From positions 1 through 64,000 of the forward strand of contig CAWJRG010000005.1 in the NCBI GenBank assembly GCA_963845185.1: a DNA stretch of 64,000 nucleotides. The letters are read 5' to 3'. Position numbers and translations under genes: made by a program. Shown here in pieces: positions 33,972 through 42,759 of the stretch (position 1 is the stretch's first letter; each line of letters opens with the position of its first letter). This stretch comes from an uncultured bacterium (GTDB lineage: Bacteria; Oederibacteriota; PGYV01; CAWJRG01). The notes under the pieces were generated by a model. The model saw nothing but the letters and a program-made list of their open reading frames with translations, was not told the origin of the DNA and made no database searches.

Positions 33972-34229
33972 TTACCTTTTATTGATAATACGCGCTATAA
34001 TAACCGTATTGTTTTTTTCACGCTCAAAATATATAGCCGTTGAATGAATTACACAACAAAAAAAATCAGCCTTTACTCTATAAGTATCTTCATATTCGTC
34101 CATTGGCCTGTTTCGCCTGCTTAATTCGTCATAAATAAACTCATGAACCTGCTTTTTTAACTGGTTATGCAGGGCCGCCAAATCCAGCCCTGCCTGGTCT
34201 GTTATCATTACAAGATTCATTGCAGACAT
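33972..34229 (-). CDS. Putative RelE/ParE-like toxin
   Basis: 85 aa, 1-nt overlap with upstream small ORF, weak RelE-like pattern (ITDQAGLDL..YRVK..IYF..VIIARI). Confidence 0.45.
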   Translation of the reverse strand: MSAMNLVMITDQAGLDLAALHNQLKKQVHEFIYDELSRRNRPMDEYEDTYRVKADFFCCVIHSTAIYFEREKNNTVIIARIINKR

Positions 34230-34468
34230 TAAACTTTTAGCCCTATCTTTTTCGCAAAATCGGAATAGCCGGTTGCGGTTTTTTTGCCGTGTTTGATATA
34301 TTCCTCATAAATCATCAGGTCTTCTTTCATGGTTTCACGCTCAATTTCATGGGTTATGGCGTTTCCTAAAAACGCGTATATCTTAATTCCGTGCTTTTCG
34401 CAGAAATCACGCATTAAATCCCTTTTGTCGTCCTCAATCTTCGCTGCAAATGGAACTACTTTAGGCAT
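34229..34468 (-). CDS. Putative antitoxin (ribbon-helix-helix-like)
   Basis: 79 aa, AGGAGG RBS, N-terminal strand plus helices, YSDFAKKIGL tail typical of RelB-like partners. Confidence 0.5.
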   Translation of the reverse strand: MPKVVPFAAKIEDDKRDLMRDFCEKHGIKIYAFLGNAITHEIERETMKEDLMIYEEYIKHGKKTATGYSDFAKKIGLKV

Positions 34469-34519
34469 TTTTAATCACCTCCTGGATTGTGGAGCCCCCC
34501 GCCTTTACAGGCGGAGCGC

Positions 34520-34602
34520 CTTTAAAAATTCTCACATGCTCCCTCCCCGGAGCGCTATCAATCCCGCCTCAACAACAGGCAGGGTTTTTCGCGGAGCGGG
34601 AT
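34520..34602 (-). repeat. ~82-bp structured leader element, copy 2
   Basis: Closely matches 25148-25229. Confidence 0.85.
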
Positions 34603-34624
34603 GAATTTCTTTCTTAATATAATA

Positions 34625-34672
34625 ATTGTATCATAAATAATTTTATTATCAAGAACTAAAGTAATACTTTAG
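34625..34672 (-). promoter_or_regulatory. Promoter and palindromic candidate operator of the TA-like operon
   Basis: TTGATA-16 nt-TACAAT with extended TG; perfect inverted repeat CTAAAGTA-A-TACTTTAG at 34656-34672. Confidence 0.55.
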
Positions 34673-34709
34673 TATCATTTTTACCCGGACAGCATTGGCC
34701 GCGGCGAAA

Positions 34710-34833
34710 CATGGTCAAAACCTGCGAATGCGAATCCGGCTGCCCCTCCTGCGTCTACTCCCCCAAATGCGGCAACAATAACAACCCGATAGATAAACTT
34801 GGTGCGATTTTGATGCTGGAGGAACTAACATGA
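34710..34833 (+). pseudogene. Duplicated 3' fragment of mrfA (last 40 codons)
   Basis: Aligns without gaps to 28920-29043; translates MVKTCECESGCPSCVYSPKCGNNNNPIDKLGAILMLEELT*. Confidence 0.92.
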
Positions 34834-34924
34834 TAGCGTTTATTTTGTTTAGTCGAAAACGACGACAAAATATTACGCTATCATGTACCCGCTCAAGTCC
34901 GGGCTTCACCCGGACAAGCGGTAT
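34831..34924 (+). repeat. Two-hairpin intergenic element, copy D
   Basis: GATAGCGTTTATTTTGT..ACAAAATATTACGCTATC-ATGTACCCGCTCAAGTCC..GGACAAGCGGTAT. Confidence 0.9.
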
Positions 34925-34948
34925 TGTTTAATTTATTATTTAAAGCCA

Positions 34949-35344
34949 TCATGGGTGGAATTTTTCAATTCTGGTATTACCATCATCCGAAACATATACG
35001 TTCCCGCTTCCATCCACTGCTATTCCATCAGGCCCATTAAACTGCCCGTTACCGCTTCCTGCACTTCCCCATTGTGTTATATATGTCCCACTGTCGCTGA
35101 ATTCCTGAATTCTGCTATTTAAAGTATCTGCAACATACACGTCTCCGCTGCTGTCCGCTGCTATACCCCAAAGATCATAAAACTGCCCGTTGCCAGTCCC
35201 CTGACTTCCCCATTGCGTTATATAACACGGCGGCGAATCAGCCATGGCATGGGAATTTATTATGAAGATAATAAGGATTATGAATATTGGGCTTAAAAAT
35301 TTTTTCAATTGCCGCCTCAGATTCAAATAATTTTTAATTTTCAA
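34949..35344 (-). CDS. Short secreted protein with two NHL repeats
   Basis: Hydrophobic N-terminal segment, two WGSxGxGNGQF repeats, RIEKFHP end; start uncertain. Confidence 0.75.
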   Translation of the reverse strand: MKIKNYLNLRRQLKKFLSPIFIILIIFIINSHAMADSPPCYITQWGSQGTGNGQFYDLWGIAADSSGDVYVADTLNSRIQEFSDSGTYITQWGSAGSGNGQFNGPDGIAVDGSGNVYVSDDGNTRIEKFHP

Positions 35345-35397
35345 TTCTCAATGTTGTCAATTAACTGCTTTTAATTGAAAATTGAAAACTTTTAACT

Positions 35398-35491
35398 CAT
35401 AGCGTTTGTTTTGTCAAGCCGAAGGCGCTGGCAAAACATTACGCTATGAAGTACCCGTTCAAGTCTTGAGCTTGCTAAAGACAAGCGGTAT
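35398..35491 (+). repeat. Two-hairpin intergenic element, copy E
   Basis: CATAGCGT..GCCGAAGGC..ACGCTATG-AAGTACCCGTTCAAGTC..GACAAGCGGTAT. Confidence 0.9.
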
Positions 35492-35498
35492 TGGTAAT

Positions 35499-38400
35499 TT
35501 ATTTCACTACCGCCATCTTTCCCCAAGCTTTTTTCTTGTCCTTGCCGTCCGCTGCCTCTATCCTGTAAATATATATTCCGTTTGCCACTGCCCTGCCAGA
35601 TTTATTATTTCTGTCCCAGTATATGCTGTTCATACCCGGCTCGCCCTGCTGCGTTATTTCCCTCACAACCTCGCCGCTTATTGTGTATATCTTTACATTT
35701 ATTTCTGCCGCGTCGCATAACTGATAAATTATATTTGTGCCGTTTGAAAATGGGTTCGGCGAATTTTTATATAAAGTCAGGCAAAGCGGTATTACCGGCG
35801 TAGGCGTTACTGTTATTGTGCATGTTATGCTTGGCGTGGGTGTTGGTGTTTTTGTATTTATATTTGGCGTAGGGCTTATGGTCAAAGTCCACGTCGGGCT
35901 GACTGTGGCTGTTGGAGTCGGCATAATACCCAGGCAATATGCAGGCGGCAAAGAGAACAGGCCAACCTGGTTGCCGCTGCAGGCATAAACGTGAAGGTTT
36001 GACGGGTCTATATTAATGGCAATGCCGCTGCCGCTGTTTAACGGATAGCACTTGTAAAGGAATGTCCATGGAGTTGTGGATTCGTCGAAAACATTCCATC
36101 CCCCGCTCTCGTCTGCCACGTGCACGCGCGTAGAGCCGGGTTCATAGAACATGTAGGTGGGCCTGAACCCGGGCGAAGAATAAACCGTGGCGTCATAGGA
36201 GTAATGCACGCCGTCCGTGGTCGTCCAGCGCACTATGCGGTTGTTCCAGTCATCCGCCACGTAAACTGTATTGCCCTGCGCCAACACGCCAAAAGGATTA
36301 TCAAACTGGTTGGTCCCTGACCCTGTAACCCCTGTTGTCCCGAAAGAGGCCACCTGGGTAAAAGTATTGACCGGATTCTCGTGGTACCGCCGCACCGTGG
36401 CCCGGTCAGTCACATAAACATCACCGCCATTGTCCACGCAAAGTGCCAGCCCGCCCCACAGGTCGCCGCCAAAGGAAGCCATTACAGCGCCTGTTGTGCT
36501 GTTCATTTTCAGTATGCTGCTCCCGTTTATGCAGGCCGCGTACAACGCGCTGTTATCCGGGCTTAATCCAAGCGCAAGCGGGTTAGGAAGGCCGTAAGGT
36601 GTTCCGGTAAATGCCGCGACCCATGCTCCGGTAGCGGCATTGAACTGGTTAATGCGGTTATTGCCAAAATCAGAAACGTAAAGATAGCCATTTCCTGCAG
36701 CAGGCCCGCTGGCGCCGTTGAACTGGCCGTTGCCCGTTCCTGCGCCGTTCCCGTAGGTTTGCACCGGGTTAAAGCAAGTGCAGGGTATGGGAACGGGCGT
36801 GGGCACTGTGCCGGGAAACGGGCTCCAGTAAATAAGTACACGCGACCTGTCAGGGTCGGTCATGAAAAGGTTGCCGTTGCTGTCAAAAACCTCGGAGTAA
36901 GCGCCCATGGACTGGAAATCATTCATGTAAGCCGAAGGCACGTCAAACTGGGTTAAAGGGTTATAAAAACCAACCGGCCAGCGCGAACCGACATAACCCA
37001 TGGTACCAACAGTCATCACCATGTCGTCGCTGCGGAAAGCAGGCTGCCATGGCCCGCACGGGCTCAGGCTCTGGAGGCTAAAGGGGTAACATCCCACAGG
37101 CCCAAAATTCCCGTTCTTTGCATAGACATGGGAAGCCGCTACATTAAAAATGCAGTTAGCCGTTGTGTTTTGCACCGAAGCCGCGCTGTACTCCAGGAGC
37201 CTGGCGTTCCCGTTTGACTCCAGGGAAAAATCCGAAACATATATATTCCCGTGGTGATCCATGGTTACGGCGCCCGGAAGATTCAGGGTATAGGCGCTCT
37301 CCACCCCTCCCTGATTTATGGCATTGGAAACAGCATCAGGTTGCCCCAGGATGATGTCCACCTGCGGGCTTGTAAGCGGGTTCCGGATACGGATAACACG
37401 GTTGTTCATGGTGTCGGCAAGCCAGAGATATTGCCCTGTTGGGTCCACCGCAATACCTTGCGCACTCCATGTTAAAGAGCCTCCCCCAAGCACTGGAACC
37501 GACGAGTTAATGACCGCCGACCCGGTTTGCCATGATACCAGCGGCAGGTTGTAAGTCTCCACCCAGACACCACCGCCGTTTGCATGTAATGTCCAGAGAT
37601 GCGGCTGGGGCGACGCAGAGTCCGTGCAAATACGGCCGAACCAGTCTCCGGCGAAATAAAGATACGTGGATGGAGTCGTGGCTGCAAAGCCGTCCGCGGC
37701 TTTACCGTTGGTCAATCCCAGAGAAGGTTGGTTCGTGTAGTCCAGGTTCCAGTACATCAGCCTGTGGCCGTCTGCGGCGATGAGCTGCGTAATTCCCGAA
37801 CCCGAGCCGATCGCCAGTCCCAGGGCGCCTACAGTATAGTTCGACACATGGTTGCTCATGCCTCCCGCACCCGGGTTTTGTTGCGGTTTGAATACATCCA
37901 CATCCGGCGCATGCGCCTCGCCCGCGTTTGGAAGATTGACAGTATAAATCCCGCCTGAATAATTCAGTCCCGGTATGGGAGCCGGATAGCGCAGTACGTC
38001 TATCATGGGGTCCATGAAGCTCACGAAAACATTTCCTGCCGAATCCACTCCTATACCGCCCCAGTTGTCATGAAAATATTCCGGGCACTGGGAGCAAAGC
38101 GTACTGCTGGGCGGAGATGTGTAATTGGTGAAATCCGGGCCGTCCGCGCTGGTTGGGTCAACTGCTGCTCCGCTGCCCGGATAAAGCTGGTAACGCAGCA
38201 AAAGTTTTAAAGGTGTGGCAGTTGGAGGCGTGGTTGAGAAATCTATATTGTATTCTATGACCTGGGTGTTCAACGAATCAGCCACCCATAAATTGCCTGA
38301 AGGGTCAAACTCAAGACCTGTCGGCCGGTTCAGGCCAAAGGTAATGACACCATCGGGAATTTGGCCGTTATTGTATTGAGGCACCCCATTAACTATAGAA

Positions 38401-39415
38401 ACCGGCTTAAAAATAAGTACCCGGCCGCCCTCAATCCTTGTCCCTGTCGGCGGCGGATCGTCTGACACAAAAACATTGCCGTTTGGGTCTACCCTTATTG
38501 AACCCGGGTAGTAAAAATGTGACAAGTCCTGGTCGTCCGTAGCCGGCACCCCGGTCTGGCCCAAAATCAGGTCTGCGGTCGTTGAGGGTAAGCCCGGGTT
38601 TGGAGCATTGGGGTTTGGGAACCTCAAAACCCGCAAATTTCCCGTATCAGTCACCCAAAGGTTCCCCACGCTGTCTATGGCCACGCCGGCATTCAAAATA
38701 CCGCGCTGGTTCATAAAAGATAATGTACTGTTTGCAGGCGCCCCTCCCTGGTTTGGCCTGTAACTTGTGAAGTCAGGCTGGCCCCAGACGTATGAGGCTG
38801 CTTCGTTGGTGTAGGTCGGTGCATTATATCGCAGGATACGGTTGTTATAATAATCAGGCACATAAAGGTTTCCCTGGTAATCCACTGCCAACGTGGCGTT
38901 CGAGCCTGATTCTCCCGGCGAGACCACTCGCGGGTCCAAAGGCACAGGCTTGAAGCCGTGGGATTCGGGAGCGGGTCTGTGCTGGAAAGATAAGCTCCAA
39001 ATGGGAAACCCGGGAAGTTCTGAAGCTGGCAGTCCCCGTTGGCGTAAGCGTGGTTGAAGTCTGCCTGTCCCAGGACAATGTCCGCGCCAAAACCCTGAGC
39101 CGCGTTCAGGTTGGGCGTGAAGTTATTGATGTTGCTGAAACATAAAATCCTGTTGTTGCCTGAATCGTACACGTATAACCTCTGCGGATTGGAGACACGG
39201 TCCACAAACACGCCGCCGGGCCTGTTCAGGCGCATGTTGTCCACGTAAAAGCTGTTCATGGCAGCAAAATCATACTGACCCAGCACTACATCTGCCCAGA
39301 GGTCGCCTGCCACGCCCCGTACAGGCGCAGGAAAAATATTGCCGCAGAAATAAAAAGGCAAAATTATTAAATACAGGAGGAATAAAAAAATTTTATAAGC
39401 TTCGCGTTTTCTCAG
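35499..39415 (-). CDS. Large secreted multi-NHL-propeller protein with TPT linker and C-terminal Ig-like domain (frameshift near 38940)
   Basis: ORFs 38711-39499 and 35499-38945 join; ADVVLGQ.DF repeats, NNRILR blades, NSPNPF..NGIYIYRI..KMAVVK tail. Confidence 0.85.
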
Positions 39416-39570
39416 AATACGGCCTCCTTCTATATAATATATTAATTCCATGTTTGATAATATACTTGTTTTGACAACAAATATCGGAAAAAGTTCCATT
39501 AAAGCTCAGCCCTATCCCTCAATGGGATTTGAATTATTTTATATGCTGGTGCCGGGCGTCATGCTTCCAG

Positions 39571-40986
39571 TCAGGCGGGTTGCCCCTGAGATAAGAAATA
39601 AATGCCCCCAAAACGCTTATCACAAATGATACTGTAAATAGTATTCTCAGCCCTGAAATAAATTCCTTCACGGCAATGCCTTTTGACCCGACTTGAGTTC
39701 CTGTAAATAAGTCCGGAAAATGCTTCGGGCGTAAGGCACGAGGTAATGACAGCCATGGAAAGCGCCATGCTGATTACCATGCCCACATTATTTATCATTG
39801 TCCTGACGCCGCCTGCGATCCCCCTTCTTTCCACAGGCACGGCTTCCATGATTGACTTGTTGTTGGGCGGAAAGAACATGCCCGAGCCTGTGCCTATAAC
39901 TATCATCGCATAACGTCAATTGCAAATAGGATGTTTCAGGCTTTATCCCGACAAGGCCTAAAAATCCCATGAGCGCATACAAGCAGGCCTATTGAGCTTA
40001 GCATCCTGGCGCCTATCCTGTCTGCCAGCCATCCGCTGACAGGGGCTATTATCACTTGCGGAAGGACAAAAGGTATCAGCATGACAGCTGCCTGGATAGG
40101 GTCAATCGCTTTTATTCCCTGAAAGTAAAATATCAGAAGAAATGTCACTGCGCCCGCGGGCAATGCCGTTCATGAGATTGGAGCCGTAAGCAAAGCCCAG
40201 CAGCCTCGACTCAAAAAGCCTCATGTCAAGCATGGGTTGGTCTGAATTAAATTCGATATAAATGAAAAGCGGCAGCAGCACAACAGCCGCGGCCAGCATG
40301 ATATACTGCCCCGGCTTGTTCCAGCCGTAAAGCCCGCCGAAAGTCAGATAAAGCAGCAGGCAAAGCATTCCCATGGTGAAAATAATGGTTCCCAGCCAGT
40401 CAAATGTTTGTTTTTCCGGCAGTATGTCGAGTTCCTTAAGCTGCATTAGCGCCCATATCGTGCCGAAAATACCAAAAGGCACGTTTATATAAAATATCGA
40501 CCGCCAGCCCATGCTTATCAGTAAACCGCCGAGAATCGGGCCGATAACTCCGCCCACGCTTATTATCATGCCGTTAATTCCCATTGCCATGCCGAGTTCT
40601 TTCCTGGGGAAAGCGTCTGTAACTATTGGCACGCTGTTCGCTGCCAGCAAAGCACCGCCAATTGCCTGGACCATCCTGTATAAAAGCAGGTCTATTCCCG
40701 ACCTCGAAAAAGCGCATAATAAGGACCCGATGGTAAATACAACGAAACCTCCGACAAAAAGTTTTTTCCTGCCTATCATGTCCGCTACCCTTCCTATTGC
40801 AGGCACCAGTATGCTTATAATGAACATATAGCCCATCATTGTCCATACAATTTCCTGGAAAGTCGCGTGTAAATCCTTCATTATAATAGGCAAAGCTACA
40901 ATAAGGGTGTTCCCGCTCATGACGGAAAAAAATGCGCCCAGCGAAGTGCATGAAAGCGCTATCCATTTGTATTCAATCTTCTTCAT
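39571..40986 (-). CDS. DHA2-type MFS transporter (split by apparent frameshifts near 40160 and 39920; 3' end approximate)
   Basis: GRVADMIGRKK, GPILGGLL..WRSIFYINVP, DWLG, GWLADRIGAR across three consecutive ORFs. Confidence 0.85.
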
Positions 40987-41090
40987 GTATTCTCCTTGTT
41001 ATGGAAAAAAATTATAAAATATATGCGCAGGGTTGTTAATTGGAAATCGGCTTCTTCAAAGAATATATGCAGTTGTAGAGAGGCGGCTTG

Positions 41091-42704
41091 GAGTCTGTCT
41101 CAAAACTCTTTTAAACGCCTTGCATTGCCTACACTTATCGCGTTTTTTAGCCCCTATCTTTATTATTTCTCTTCTTTTCGATTTGTGGTTCTTTTCTTGT
41201 CAGGTTGCGAACCTTAATTTAACCTTACCTTCCCTCCACAAGGCATACATTGTCTTTATGTTATGGGCGGCGCATATAAAAGACCATTGTGTTTTTACGC
41301 TTTCGATTCCTCTAACATTAAATCTTGTAAAACCAAGTACGTTTTTTATACGTCCCAATAATGGCTCAACTATTGTTTTTCTCTTTCGAAGCTGTTCTTT
41401 TCAGTTATTGACCCTAGCTTCTTCTCTGTATATTGACACTATCTCCTCATACTCATGCTTATTTGCTTCTATTATCCTTCCGGATTTTACCTTGCTGCAT
41501 TCGTATTTATAAATACAATCCCTATGATCCCCGCATCGGTATATCATTGTCTCTTTTCCGTTTTTCTTCTTCCTTATACTGGTATATTCAAGCCTGCCAT
41601 TTTTAGGACATACATATTCGTTTTTTTCTTTGTCGTATTTAAAATGCGCTTTGCCATACGGCCTATCGCTGTCATCCTCCGGCAAGTTAACAATTATATT
41701 CCTTTTTTCTTCTTTGGCTTTTGCCAGTTCTTCCGGTGAATAATACCCTCCATCCGCAAGCGTTACTCCTGATTTTTGTCCGGTATTCGACTCTGCTTTT
41801 TCTATCATATCATTCAGCATGTGAGCATCCGATTCCTTGTTTGTCACATTCTCTGCCACAATTATCTGTTTCTTTGCGTCCACAACAACCTGTGAGTTAT
41901 ATGCCTGTTGCAGTCCTTTACCTCTTGTCATCATGAACCGGCTGTCTCTATCTGTGGGGTTTTCAGTTGTTTTTCCTTCACTTTTCATACGTTCTATATG
42001 TTCTCTTATTACCTGACGCAGTTTCTCCTTTTCCTGCAATTCTTTTGGCATTCCGCACTTACTTTTGCCCTCTTCATCGTCTTGTTCGTCATTTTTCTCA
42101 ATTTCCACCATTATTTTGTCTATTTCTCTGTCTAATTCTTGTATTTTTTTATTCATGTCTTTTATTGTTTTGGTCTTTTCCTTATTTACATCTGCCTGTA
42201 TTTTTGTGCCGTCCACGGCTTGAATTTCAAAACCAACCAAATTGTTGTTTGTTGCCACACGCACCGTCTCCTTCAGTAAAACCCTTATCTGCTCTTTATT
42301 TCCTTTAAAAAATCTCCATAGCGTATTATGGTCGGGATGATTATTCCCGGTTATCCATATCATCCCCATTGAATCGTAAGTCATTTTTTCAACTTTTCTG
42401 CTGCTCTTTTTTCCTTCCAGTATGCCGTACATCCATGCCCCAAGTAAAAGATCTACAAAATATCCCGGTCTTCCGGTTTCTTCTTCCATTTTAAAACCCA
42501 TCTCTTCAAGCGGTAATTCTTCTACGAATTCTACGACAAATCAAGCTAAATGATCTTTTGAAACCCAATCTTCTATTGCCGGTGGCAGTAGATACATTTG
42601 ATTTCTATCGGCTCTTATCGTTGGCATTTGGTTTCTCCTTCGCTAAATTTTGAAACCATTATACCATTTATGTCAAAGAATTAAGAGGCTTTTGAGACAG
42701 ACTC
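41091..42704 (-). mobile_element. IS1182-family insertion sequence, copy 1 (1614 bp)
   Basis: 15-bp terminal IR GAGTCTGTCTCAAAA, 4-bp target duplication CTTG, near-identical to 60881-62494. Confidence 0.92.
41200..42627 (-). pseudogene. IS1182 transposase with two nonsense mutations
   Basis: CGA>TGA at 42543 and TGG>TGA at 41401 relative to the intact copy. Confidence 0.85.
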
Positions 42705-42759
42705 CTTGCCCCTTCTCTACAAATACTTTTACCAAATTTATTTATAATTTATGGTTTTT

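Noticed and set aside
29884..35344. Diversity-generating retroelement acting on the NHL genes
   Set aside because: No reverse transcriptase in the window and I could not see a template/variable repeat pair differing only at adenines
29041..35491. Classical integron with attC sites
   Set aside because: Elements lack RYYYAAC/GTTRRRY cores, one copy is inverted, and no IntI-like gene is in the window
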